From an uncultured Solirubrobacteraceae bacterium (GTDB taxonomy: Bacteria; Actinomycetota; Thermoleophilia; Solirubrobacterales; Solirubrobacteraceae): a stretch of 64,000 nucleotides of DNA. Each line of letters opens with the position of its first letter. The stretch's first letter is position 1. A program made the translations under genes and the position numbers. The notes under the pieces were generated by a model. It was not told the DNA's origin and ran no database searches. It was given only the letters and a program-made list of their open reading frames with translations. The stretch lies in NCBI GenBank assembly GCA_964422115.1, contig CAYQZU010000010.1:16646-80645 (forward strand), written 5' to 3'. Shown piece by piece: positions 1 to 8,302 of the stretch.

Positions 1-725
1 TCTATTACGTCCAGGATTTCGAGCCCTACTTCGAGCCGGCCGGCACCTACAGCGAGCTCGCCGCCAACACGTATCGGTTCGGTTTCCATGGTGTGACGAT
101 CGGCTCGTGGCTGGCGGCGAAATTGAGCCGCGAGTACGGAATGCGCTGCGACGCGGTCGACCTCGGCGTCGACACCAGCCGCTACGCCCTGCGCAACCTC
201 GAAACTCGCTACAAGGTCCTCTTCTACGCGCGTCCGGTGACGCCGCGGCGCGGCTTCGAGCTGGGCGTGCTCGCACTGGAGGCCTTCCACACGGCCCATC
301 CCGAGCTCGAGATTCAGCTCGTCGGCTGGGATCTCGATCGCTACGAGCTGCCGTTCCCGCACGTCAGCCACGGCGTGCTCGACGAGGAGGAGTTGTGCGC
401 GCTCTACAACGAGTGCGCCGCCGGCATGGTCCTGTCGTTCACGAACATGTCACTGCTCCCGCTGGAGCTCCTCGCATGCGGGTGCCTGCCGGTGGTCAAC
501 GATGCCCAGCACACCCATCTCGTTCCCTACGAGGACCAGCTTCAATATGGCGAGTCGAGCCCCCGCGGACTAGCGGCCGCACTGTATGCGGCGGTAGTCG
601 CTGCAGCTCAGCCCGGACGGGTCGAGGAGGCAGCGCGGGTCGCGGCGGCGTTTGACTGGGACCGCTCGAACCGGCGAATCGAGGAGATCGTGCTGGCGGA
701 GCTCGCGCCGAGCCGGTCCGCGTGA
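1..725 (+). CDS. glycosyltransferase, C-terminal portion (5' end outside window); GT-B fold, GT4/WsaF-like
   Basis: The frame is open from nt 3 (YYVQDFEPYFEPAGTYSELAANTYRFGFHG...) into listed ORF 93..725. It shows the GT-B C-terminal Rossmann half (KVLFYARPVTPRRGFELGVLALE, MVLSFTNMSLLPLELLACGCLPVV). Family assigned from motif memory only. Confidence 0.7.
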   Translation, partial: YYVQDFEPYFEPAGTYSELAANTYRFGFHGVTIGSWLAAKLSREYGMRCDAVDLGVDTSRYALRNLETRYKVLFYARPVTPRRGFELGVLALEAFHTAHPELEIQLVGWDLDRYELPFPHVSHGVLDEEELCALYNECAAGMVLSFTNMSLLPLELLACGCLPVVNDAQHTHLVPYEDQLQYGESSPRGLAAALYAAVVAAAQPGRVEEAARVAAAFDWDRSNRRIEEIVLAELAPSRSA

Positions 726-883
726 CGAGTGGCCCTGCGGCTGGGCACCGCTACCCGTGGGGCGGTCTTAAGCTGCGGACGCGGAATGACCTGGAGCTCG
801 CGCCCTCGTCCGGGTTGGGGGCGAGCCGACGCGCCAGCTCGCCGCCGCGCGAACTCACCGGGCGCCTACGGACACTTGTCTGT

Positions 884-1270
884 ATGGCCGCGTTTCCCGA
901 CCGCTTCGAGCCGTTTGACGAGTCTTGGGATTTGCTGGTCGGGGGAGTGCCTCGCGTTTGGCGCCGGTCATCGCCGCGTGTCACGCGGCTGCGGTGCGAT
1001 CTCGATCTCCGTGCGATCCGCTGCCTGGTTGTGCTGAGCGACGAGCACAACTACACGCGCGCAGCCGAGCGTCTTCACATGAGCCAGTCGGGCGTCAGCC
1101 GCTCGATCCTGGCCCTCGAGGAGCGTGTTGGAGCTCTGCTCGTCACTCGCGGCGCGCGGCCGATGAGCCTGACGCGGCAGGGCGAAATCCTCGCTGACCA
1201 CGGCAGGCGGCTGCTCGCGGCCCAGCAGGCGGCGCTCGACGACGTCCTGAACAGCCGCTGGGGGCCGTGA
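884..1270 (+). pseudogene. LysR-family regulator remnant: winged-HTH domain only, effector-binding domain absent
   Basis: LRAIRCLVVLSDEHNYTRAAERLHMSQSGVSRSILALEERVGALLVTRGARPMSLTRQGE is a classic LysR N-terminal HTH. The ORF stops about 30 aa later, whereas full-length LysR proteins are about 300 aa. ATG 884 was chosen as start, but the ORF is open from 722, so the start is uncertain. Confidence 0.5.
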
Positions 1271-1371
1271 CGGGGCTTAAGCGGGCCGATCGCTGCGGGG
1301 GCCGCGGTCTGCGTGCACACACTCAGCGCTCCGACTGGACGCGGCGGCCAGCTTGCTCATACTGTCACGGG

Positions 1372-1971
1372 ATGGCGGCAGATCGAAGTGACCGCGAGCT
1401 GTGGGCTAGCGGGCGGTCCGATCCCGCAGCGTTTGGTCAGCTGTTCGAACGCCATGGACGGGCCGTGTTTGCGTTCTGTGCTCGGCGAACTGGCGATCTC
1501 GCGCTGGCTGACGACCTCACCAACATCGTGTTTCTCGAGGCCTGGCGACGACGCCATTCGGTCAAGTTGGTGGGTGAGAGCGCGCTCCCGTGGCTGCTCG
1601 GGACCGCGAACAATGTGTCGCGCAACTCCCGCCGTGCTCTGCGGCGCTACCGAGCCGCTCTCGAGCGACTGCCGCCCGCGGAGTACGAGGAGGGCGTTGA
1701 TGTCGCGGTGATAGCCCGCGTCGACGCGGAGCGTGCACTAGCGGACGCCCTGCGCGAGATCGAGAACCTGCCGGAGGTCGAGCGCGATGTCGTCCGGCTT
1801 GTGTTGTGGAGCAACCTCTCCTATAACGAGGCGGCCATCGCGCTCGGGGTGCCGGTCGGAACCGTGCGCTCCCGCCTCGCTCGCGCGCGCGAGAAGCTGA
1901 CGCAGGCGCTCTCCTCGGCTTCTCGGGATTCGCTCGACAATGCTCTCGAGACGAGGGAGGAGGCGCCGTGA
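1372..1971 (+). CDS. ECF-type RNA polymerase sigma-70 family factor
   Basis: Region 2 (FGQLFERHGRAVFAFCARRTGDLALADDLTNIVFLEAW) and region 4 HTH (LPEVERDVVRLVLWSNLSYNEAAIALGVPVGTVRSRLARAREKL). ATG 1372 preferred over the upstream GTG 1267. Confidence 0.85.
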   Translation: MAADRSDRELWASGRSDPAAFGQLFERHGRAVFAFCARRTGDLALADDLTNIVFLEAWRRRHSVKLVGESALPWLLGTANNVSRNSRRALRRYRAALERLPPAEYEEGVDVAVIARVDAERALADALREIENLPEVERDVVRLVLWSNLSYNEAAIALGVPVGTVRSRLARAREKLTQALSSASRDSLDNALETREEAP

Positions 1972-2666
1972 CGCTTCCTACACCACCACCCGTTCCGCGA
2001 CCGACGGACCGCTCCGTGTCCGCGCGCGCCGAAGGCCTCGTCGGAGAATTCGCGCGCCAACGACGCTTTGCGGCGATCCGGCGCAGCGGTGCCGTGGCGG
2101 CGATCGCCGCGGTTGGGCTCGTGGCCATGCTCACACCGTTGCTCGGCGAGGGAACCACGCCGAACGCGTTCGCCGGATGGACGGCCGTGCCAAAGGTCGC
2201 AGATCAGGCCCAGTCGCGCGCGGCGCACGCCAGGTGCGCGCGCGTCGAACCCGCGGTCGCACGACCAACCCCGGTCATAGCTGAGCAGCGCGGGCAGTTC
2301 ACGCTGCTTTTATTCGTCGGAGGAGGCCAAACCGTCGTCTGCATCTCCGATCGGCACATGTTGGTGGTCGGCGTGGCGCAGTCGGTGGCGGCTCGCAGTG
2401 CCCCGCGCGCAGTGACGGAGGGCGCGGGCGGCTTCGAGCACCTGAGGGCAAGCCCGGTTACATTCCTCACGGGTCGCGCCGGTGCTGGTGTGAGCACTGC
2501 GGTGCTCGATCTCGCGGATGGACGCCGGGTCACAGCATCGATTTCCCACGGGTGGTACGTGGCGTGGTGGCCGCGATGGGTCGCCGCGCGGCGCGTGTCG
2601 CTGGGCACGAAACGCGGTGCCGTCAACCAGCGTCTCCATCTGCGCACCCCTCTGCGACGTGGGTGA
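1968..2666 (+). CDS. membrane-anchored protein co-transcribed with ECF sigma (putative anti-sigma factor)
   Basis: GTG 1968 overlaps the sigma stop (GTGA). Short cytoplasmic N-terminus, one TM helix (AVAAIAAVGLVAMLTPLL), then an extracytoplasmic domain. No HxxxCxxC zinc motif is visible, so the anti-sigma role rests on position only. Confidence 0.55.
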   Translation: MTLPTPPPVPRPTDRSVSARAEGLVGEFARQRRFAAIRRSGAVAAIAAVGLVAMLTPLLGEGTTPNAFAGWTAVPKVADQAQSRAAHARCARVEPAVARPTPVIAEQRGQFTLLLFVGGGQTVVCISDRHMLVVGVAQSVAARSAPRAVTEGAGGFEHLRASPVTFLTGRAGAGVSTAVLDLADGRRVTASISHGWYVAWWPRWVAARRVSLGTKRGAVNQRLHLRTPLRRG

Positions 2667-2681
2667 GCCAGGGGCATCGCG

Positions 2682-2700
2682 CTATGCGCATTCCGCATAG
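2682..2700 (+). terminator. hairpin after the sigma/anti-sigma pair (possible intrinsic terminator)
   Basis: CTATGCG-CATTC-CGCATAG is a perfect 7-bp stem, 16 nt after the stop at 2666, followed by TTGTTGCTATTG. Confidence 0.35.
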
Positions 2701-2858
2701 TTGTTGCTATTGCGGGCTGCGCCGACGTAGGGTCGGGACCGCGTGCATTCTGACAACCCGCACCGCTCGGCAGGCCCTGTGTTTGCAGGCAATCGGAGTA
2801 GAACAGGCGGCCGACGGCTGAACCCGAGGGGGGTCGCGATTCGTGCGGCCGGCCCACT

Positions 2859-3251
2859 GTGAGGGCGCTCGCTACCCACGCGTCTTTGGTGATCGGTGCG
2901 GTTATCGCGGCATTTGCGACCGGCGCCGCCACCTCGCAGGTGACACCGTCGGAGGCCTACTACCAGTCGTATAACTGCGACTCATTTGTCGGTCGCTCGA
3001 CGTGCAACCAGACCGCGGGCTCCTGGTACACGCTGAACGGCGTGGGTGCCAAGAACTGGGATGTCGGTAACGACATCTGCGCCGCTTGGGGCAACCTGAA
3101 GGGCTCGACGGAGGCTTGCTTCACGTCGGGCGGGGCGCAGTACATCCTGGTCTGCGACAGCGGGACCTACGGCTACGGGTGGGCAGGTACCGCCAACGGC
3201 GACAACCACAACATCTCCGGTCACGAGGACGACTACACGCCGTGCAGCTGA
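2859..3251 (+). CDS. small secreted Cys-rich protein, unknown function
   Basis: GTG start, signal-peptide-like N-terminus (ASLVIGAVIAAFATGAATSQV), 6 Cys in the mature part, high GC3. Confidence 0.6.
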   Translation: MRALATHASLVIGAVIAAFATGAATSQVTPSEAYYQSYNCDSFVGRSTCNQTAGSWYTLNGVGAKNWDVGNDICAAWGNLKGSTEACFTSGGAQYILVCDSGTYGYGWAGTANGDNHNISGHEDDYTPCS

Positions 3252-3330
3252 CGATCACGATCGGACTGGGGGAGCGGCTATGACATCACGCGCCGGCACC
3301 AGCTCGGCGCGCTCCAAGCGCCGCAGCTAT

Positions 3331-3915
3331 ATGACGAAGCTCCTCGCGGTCATGGCGTGTTCGGCCTGCCTGGCCGCGGCCTTTGCGCTGACCTCCGGGG
3401 CGTCGACCCGCCACTTCCACGCTCGGCCCCTGCGACGCACCTTCTCGGTGCTCGCCGCGGCGCGGGCAGCCGCCACGCAGGGCACGCCTTCAATCCAGTA
3501 CCCCGGTGCGGTCTCGACGGCATATGCGGCGTCGGAGGCGGACGGAAACCGGCTGTTCGTATCCCAGCAGGCGGACGGCGACATCTGCATCATCGACCAG
3601 GAGCCCCAGAGTGCGCCGCCGGGCGCGAACGGGACGCTGCGGACCGGCGCGATGGCCTCGGGTTGCTCGACGCCGACTGGAGCCGAACAGAACGGTGGGA
3701 TCCTCTTCCAGCCGGCCAGCGGCTCGCTGCCTGCGACCGCCGCGGTGCTTGTGCCCGACGGCGTTGGCGAGGTGGACTTCAGCCTCTCCGACGGCACGGT
3801 CGTGAAGGTGGCGGTCGCAAACAACGTGGCCTGGTATGCCTCCGCATCGCTCACTCGCGTCACCTTCGACGCGCCGGGCGGCGGCGAGGTCAGCGCAGCA
3901 ACCACCGCAAGCTGA
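3331..3915 (+). CDS. secreted protein, unknown function
   Basis: The internal ATG 3331 gives MTKLLAVMACSACLAAAFALTSGAS, a signal peptide. Coding-like composition. The ORF is open from 3280. Confidence 0.6.
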   Translation: MTKLLAVMACSACLAAAFALTSGASTRHFHARPLRRTFSVLAAARAAATQGTPSIQYPGAVSTAYAASEADGNRLFVSQQADGDICIIDQEPQSAPPGANGTLRTGAMASGCSTPTGAEQNGGILFQPASGSLPATAAVLVPDGVGEVDFSLSDGTVVKVAVANNVAWYASASLTRVTFDAPGGGEVSAATTAS

Positions 3916-3951
3916 CCCCAGGCGATCCGGCGCGGGCCGTAAGCTCGCCGG

Positions 3952-4644
3952 ATGAGCTTTCGACGCGGGGGTTCGCAGTTCCTCGCCGTCGCGCTGGGCG
4001 TGTCGGCGGTGGCTCTTGCGTGTGCCGGAGCCGCCGGAGCCGCAGCCCGTACGGTCCCGGTCGTCAGATGCCCGACCGTGTCTGGACTGCCCCTCGGGAA
4101 GGTCCGGCTGCCGCATCGGCTCGCGGTGCTGGGGGCGCCGGCGTCTGTCAGCGGGCTCGCTGCCTACACGAACACCGACATCTACCTGGTTGCTCCGGCG
4201 GGCATGGCCTGCTCCGGCGCTGTGGCGGTCGACGGCGGGGAGCGCCTGACGGTCTGGGCGCGCGGGCACCGCGTTCCGACCCAGCGGGCGCGCTACGCCG
4301 CCCTGACGCTCTGGCTCGATCCCGCGTGTCTCGGGTGCAAGGCCGATGATGGGTGCCCATTCTTCCCGCAGTTCGCGAGGCTCGAGCACGTCCCGTGCGA
4401 CGCGTCGCTGCCGTCGGGTGAGCACGTCGTTCGACCAAGCTCGAACGTGGCCCTTTTCAGCGACCCGCCAGGAGTGGCCGGATCGGGATGGCCGAGCGGC
4501 GGACCGGATGCCGCTTACGGCGTCGTTGGCATACACGGGAACTTCAGTCAGGGCGCGGTGTACCGCTCGACCTGCACACTGCCGCGTGCGAGGATCGCAG
4601 CGTGCACCGTCAGCCGTGCTGACGTGCGCGCTCGCTACGGCTGA
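3952..4644 (+). CDS. secreted Cys-containing protein, unknown function
   Basis: Signal peptide MSFRRGGSQFLAVALGVSAVALACAGAAGAAA. Several Cys (CPTVSG, MACSG, ACLGCKADDGCPFF). Confidence 0.6.
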   Translation: MSFRRGGSQFLAVALGVSAVALACAGAAGAAARTVPVVRCPTVSGLPLGKVRLPHRLAVLGAPASVSGLAAYTNTDIYLVAPAGMACSGAVAVDGGERLTVWARGHRVPTQRARYAALTLWLDPACLGCKADDGCPFFPQFARLEHVPCDASLPSGEHVVRPSSNVALFSDPPGVAGSGWPSGGPDAAYGVVGIHGNFSQGAVYRSTCTLPRARIAACTVSRADVRARYG

Positions 4645-4678
4645 CGAGCACCGCGCCCGCGCAGCGCTCCGCCGGTTC

Positions 4679-4714
4679 CTCCCGTCCGCGAAGCGCGTGC
4701 TTCGCGGACGGGAG
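4679..4714. terminator. strong hairpin between convergent genes (bidirectional terminator candidate)
   Basis: CTCCCGTCCGCGAAGC-GCGT-GCTTCGCGGACGGGAG, a perfect 16-bp stem with a 4-nt loop, lying between stops at 4644 (+) and 4756 (-). Confidence 0.55.
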
Positions 4715-4728
4715 ACTCCCGGTCTCGG

Positions 4729-4749
4729 GGTCGCCGCCATGCGGCGACC
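4729..4749. terminator. second hairpin between the same convergent genes
   Basis: GGTCGCCGC-CAT-GCGGCGACC, a perfect 9-bp stem, 7 nt from the stop of the minus-strand gene. Confidence 0.4.
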
Positions 4750-4755
4750 ATGCTG

Positions 4756-5292
4756 CTAGGCGCTGCCTGAGGCGAGCTGACTCGCTGAGGGGAGCACTTC
4801 CTTGATCGACGAGCCGGCCTTCTGGGCCAGCGACTCGATTGAGCCGATCGAGTTCTGTGTCGAGCTCACCGTGCTCGGGCTGATGCTCCGGCCCTTGATC
4901 TGTGAGACGAGCTTGTTGAACAGGCTCACAGCCGCAGTCAGTGGCGTGACCAGGAGTTTCAGCACCTTGTTCTGCTGGGCGTCCGCGAGCGCGAGCTTGA
5001 TCTCGTGGTAGACGAAGATCGCCGCGATCCCCGCCTCGAGGTAATTCTTGATCTTTGTGAGGAAGCCCACCTTCGTGAAGTCGCCGTTCTTGAACTTCTC
5101 GTAGATGAAGTGGTGGAACGCACCAAACGCGAGGCCGGCGTGGAAGACGAACTTCGGCACCGCGAGCACGCTCGCGTGGTGAACCGTGGCGATCGCCGCG
5201 GGACGAGGCGCGCTCTGCGCGCCGGCCACGGTGGGCACGGCGAGGATTGCAGCCGCCGCGAGCACCACGGCGAAGAGACGGAGTCGATGCAT
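4756..5292 (-). CDS. secreted Lys-rich protein, unknown function (compositionally atypical)
   Basis: Signal peptide MHRLRLFAVVLAAAAILAVPTVAGAQS. Visibly lower GC and many AAG/AAC/ATC/TTC codons compared with neighbours. Confidence 0.7.
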   Translation of the reverse strand: MHRLRLFAVVLAAAAILAVPTVAGAQSAPRPAAIATVHHASVLAVPKFVFHAGLAFGAFHHFIYEKFKNGDFTKVGFLTKIKNYLEAGIAAIFVYHEIKLALADAQQNKVLKLLVTPLTAAVSLFNKLVSQIKGRSISPSTVSSTQNSIGSIESLAQKAGSSIKEVLPSASQLASGSA

Positions 5293-5806
5293 GCAGTAAC
5301 CCCCTATGGGATCGAATTGGTGGACTCGCCGCCGGTCCCGAGACAGGAGAGCGGCAGGGCGCCGATCGCGCCCAAGAGCCGCTGAGTCGCCTACCCCGTG
5401 CAGCGTGCGAGCACGAACGGCTCCAGGTTACACGGACCGCGCCTCGTGGCCGGCACGTGCCCCGCCCCACCCCGTCGCGCCTGCGTCGGACACAGCGACG
5501 GCCGTTCAGTCCTCGACCGGGGAGAACACGAGGTCGGCGGCACCGCCCCAGTGCTCGACGACCTGGAGGTCGCGAGCGTGCCGCGCGCAGTTACCGAGGG
5601 CGCTGAATACCTGTTCAACGCTGCCCGCGGAGCATCATGCGAGATTCGCATAGAACGGGTCGGTTTGGCGCAGCTGAGGCGGTAGCGTTGCCCGTCGTGA
5701 CCCCCAAACGGACGTGCTGCCGCTCCGCGCAGCGACGCGTTCCGTGTCACGGCCGGCGTCGCGCTCTCCAGGCGCGGCGCCGGCCATCCTTCGACCATGA
5801 AGGACG

Positions 5807-6022
5807 ATGAGCGCCGACGAGGTCGAAAAGCCAGAGGAGTCCTCCGCGGGTCCCGCCGAGAGTGCCGCGGGGGACGTGCAGCGCCACGGAGCGCCCGTCG
5901 CCTGCCCGCGCTGCGGCCTGCGGTTGACCCAGCGTGTCCCTTCGCTCGCCGTGCAGTACTGCCCACGGTGCCTCGCGCGCGCTCGCTTGGCGGTGCAGCT
6001 GAACCGCTTCGACCCGTCCTAG
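5807..6022 (+). CDS. small zinc-ribbon protein (CxxC...CxxC)
   Basis: CPRCGLRL...YCPRCLAR gives two CPRC pairs. AAGGA-like RBS upstream of ATG 5807. Short, so uncertain. Confidence 0.45.
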   Translation: MSADEVEKPEESSAGPAESAAGDVQRHGAPVACPRCGLRLTQRVPSLAVQYCPRCLARARLAVQLNRFDPS

Positions 6023-6048
6023 CGAGTCGAGCGCCGATCCCGGACGTG

Positions 6049-6762
6049 TCAGGTGATGAGGCCGTGTCGAAGGGCCTCTGCAACCGCTGCGGGCCGGTCG
6101 TGCACTCCGAGCTTCTGATAGATGCCGTGAAGCGACGCCTTGACGCTCGATGGGCTCAGCGCGAGATGCGTAGCTATCCGCCCTGTCGTCAGCCCGTCGG
6201 CGCTCAGCCGCAATACCGACTGCTCCCGCGGCGTGAGCAGGACCGATGAGGGATTCCGGTCGTGGCGGGCGAGGGCCGCAAGTTCCTCCTGGATCGTCGG
6301 ATCGAGAAACGTCCCGCCCCGCAGTGTCTGGCGGATTGCGGTGACGAAGTCCTCTGGCGGCGACCGGCGGCTGATCAGGCCGACGATGCCTGCGTGCAAC
6401 GCCCTCCAAGCCTGGTGCGGCTCGATATGGTCATAGACAAGGATCGCCTGGGTCGTCGCGGCGACGGTCCGTAGCATCGCGAGCGCGGTGTCGGCGTCAG
6501 CTGACTGCCAGGGATCGAAGCCGATCAACGTGACGACAGGCGCGGTTTCCGCAACCCTACGCGCCAGATCGAACAGGTCCGACGGGCCCGCGAGCGCTTC
6601 GAGACCCAGCTCGGAAATGATGTGGCCCGAGATGCCGTCGACGAAGACGGGCTGCGGGTCGGCGACCATCACGCGCGCCGCCACCGGAGTCCGTTCGCGC
6701 ACGCGCGCCGGTGCTGGGGCCTGCGCGGCGTCGCCGGGGCCGCTCTCAGGCCTGTCAGCCAC
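6049..6762 (-). CDS. LuxR/NarL-family response regulator with atypical receiver domain
   Basis: C-terminal LuxR HTH (LTPREQSVLRLSADGLTTGRIATHLALSPSSVKASLHGIYQKLGV). N-terminal receiver-like fold (VMVADPQPVF...VTLIGFDPW...). Confidence 0.8.
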   Translation of the reverse strand: MADRPESGPGDAAQAPAPARVRERTPVAARVMVADPQPVFVDGISGHIISELGLEALAGPSDLFDLARRVAETAPVVTLIGFDPWQSADADTALAMLRTVAATTQAILVYDHIEPHQAWRALHAGIVGLISRRSPPEDFVTAIRQTLRGGTFLDPTIQEELAALARHDRNPSSVLLTPREQSVLRLSADGLTTGRIATHLALSPSSVKASLHGIYQKLGVHDRPAAVAEALRHGLIT

Positions 6763-7132
6763 GCGATGTGAACCATGCGGCGGCTTGGGCTCCGCCTCCG
6801 GCCAATCGCCGACGCTCCCGGCAGAGCGAATGCCGTGCGACCAAGCTGCATCCTTGGTTCGAGGGGAGTGTCGCGAACATGAACGTGCGGGTCATCGTGC
6901 GCTTTACAAATAGTCCGCGCGCAGTGCACATCGTGTCATCAGTAATAAGCCGCGGCCGCCTTCGGCCGAATGAAAGCCGGGCGCCATCGCGCGAATCGGT
7001 ACGGTTTCCTGCCGATTAATACGCAGCATTTCCGATGCTTCGCCCTCGAGGATGGCTGCGGTCCAGGCGGTCTGAAGCGCCATCGCGTAAGGGCCTGCGC
7101 TCGCGCCGCCGCGAGATGGCTAACCTGACCGC

Positions 7133-7567
7133 ATGCCCTACCGCCACGTCCTCGTCGCATACGACGGCACCGCCAGGGCTGACGCGGCGCTCAAGGCCGG
7201 CGAGCGGATCGCGCGCGACGCCGGGGCCCAGCTGACGGTGGCCGCGGTGGTCGAGCTTGCGAGCGGCTGCCGTAGCTGTGGAGCATCCCGCGGTTGCGGC
7301 ATCACAACCGGGGACTGGAACCGCATCATGCGCGAATACGCGTGGGAGGAGCTCCTCCACGCACGGACGCAACTCGGCGTTCCGGCACGCCTGGAGATCC
7401 TGTGCGGCGCACCGCGCCGAGCGCTGACCGACGGCGCTCGCGAACTCGGCTGCGACGCGATCGTGCTGCCTGCGCGCAGAGGCGCAGTCGCGCGCCTGCT
7501 GGCTCGCGGTCGTGCGCCGCGTGCGGTCACGCGACGCGCGCACTGCGCGGTCCTCCAGCTCCGCTGA
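7133..7567 (+). CDS. universal stress protein (UspA family)
   Basis: MPYRHVLVAYDGTARADAALKAGERIA...GCDAIVLPARRG is a typical Usp layout. Confidence 0.8.
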   Translation: MPYRHVLVAYDGTARADAALKAGERIARDAGAQLTVAAVVELASGCRSCGASRGCGITTGDWNRIMREYAWEELLHARTQLGVPARLEILCGAPRRALTDGARELGCDAIVLPARRGAVARLLARGRAPRAVTRRAHCAVLQLR

Positions 7568-7594
7568 CGCCACGCCGTCTTCGCGGCGGCTAGG

Positions 7595-8110
7595 GTGCGA
7601 CCGGTGGACGTGATCGACGAGCTTCTCGCGAACAACCGGCGCTTCGCCGCCTCGCTTCCGGTGCGTCACCTCGATGTGCGTCCATCGCGGGAGCTCGCCG
7701 TTGTCACTTGCATGGACTCGCGGCTCGACGTATTTGCGGCGCTCGGGCTGCGTGACGGCGAGGCGCACATCCTGCGGAATGCGGGCGGCGTCATCACCGA
7801 TGACGTGATCCGATCTCTCGCGGTATCCCAACGAAGGCTCGGCACGCTCGCCGTGATGCTGGTCCATCACACCGACTGCGGCATGCAGACTCTGACCGAT
7901 GACGGCTTTCGAGCCGAGCTGCAGTCAGCCACAGGTGTGGCCCCCGCCTTTGCGATCGAGTCCTTCAGCGATGTCGAGGCGGACGTGCGCCAATCGATCC
8001 TGCGTGTCCGCCGCTCGCCGTTCCTGCCCCACACCGGGTCGGTGCGAGGCTTTGTCTACGACGTCGACACTCACCGGATCGACGAGGTTCACGAGACCGA
8101 GGCCAGCTGA
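7595..8110 (+). CDS. beta-class carbonic anhydrase
   Basis: VVTCMDSRLD (CxDxR) and LVHHTDCGM (HxxC) zinc-ligand motifs. GTG start. Confidence 0.9.
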   Translation: MRPVDVIDELLANNRRFAASLPVRHLDVRPSRELAVVTCMDSRLDVFAALGLRDGEAHILRNAGGVITDDVIRSLAVSQRRLGTLAVMLVHHTDCGMQTLTDDGFRAELQSATGVAPAFAIESFSDVEADVRQSILRVRRSPFLPHTGSVRGFVYDVDTHRIDEVHETEAS

Positions 8111-8302
8111 TCACAAGCTGACTTCGCGGCAGGAAATTACCCCTTGCGGCGCTCCGTCGCACTGCTAATTTCGTGCGGCCGAACCGTCGGCGGTGGAAGC
8201 CTCCCCCGCCGAAACTCGCTACGCTGGCGCCGCGCGCCGGGGACGCGGACGGCGGCTTGTAAGCCAAGCGACGCGCGTACACGAAGGGACGGGAGGACGG
8301 AC

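Noticed and set aside
2818-2845. An ECF-type promoter guess (GAAC - 18 nt - CGT) upstream of the first secreted-protein gene.
   Set aside because: The spacing is off the usual 16-17 nt and the -35 lacks the GG. It would leave a leader of under 15 nt with no RBS. Matches of this kind arise by chance at this GC content.
3490-4740. A 416-aa minus-strand ORF, with similar long antisense ORFs at 10909..12081, 25365..26384, 38780..40252, 41068..42162 and 21242..22591.
   Set aside because: They are extremely Arg/Pro/Ala/Gly-rich and have no motifs. Each lies exactly antisense to a gene with clear domains or signal peptides. Long open antisense frames like this are a typical high-GC artefact.
5507-5640. 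A minus-strand stretch with strong GC3 bias encoding ...AGSVEQVFSALGNCARHARDLQVVEHWGGAADLVFSPVED*, a possible C-terminal gene remnant.
   Set aside because: An in-frame TGA lies immediately upstream and there is no usable start codon. The upstream region fits only in another frame with mixed codon bias. I could not identify a family, so it may be a decayed gene fragment, but the evidence is insufficient for a call.
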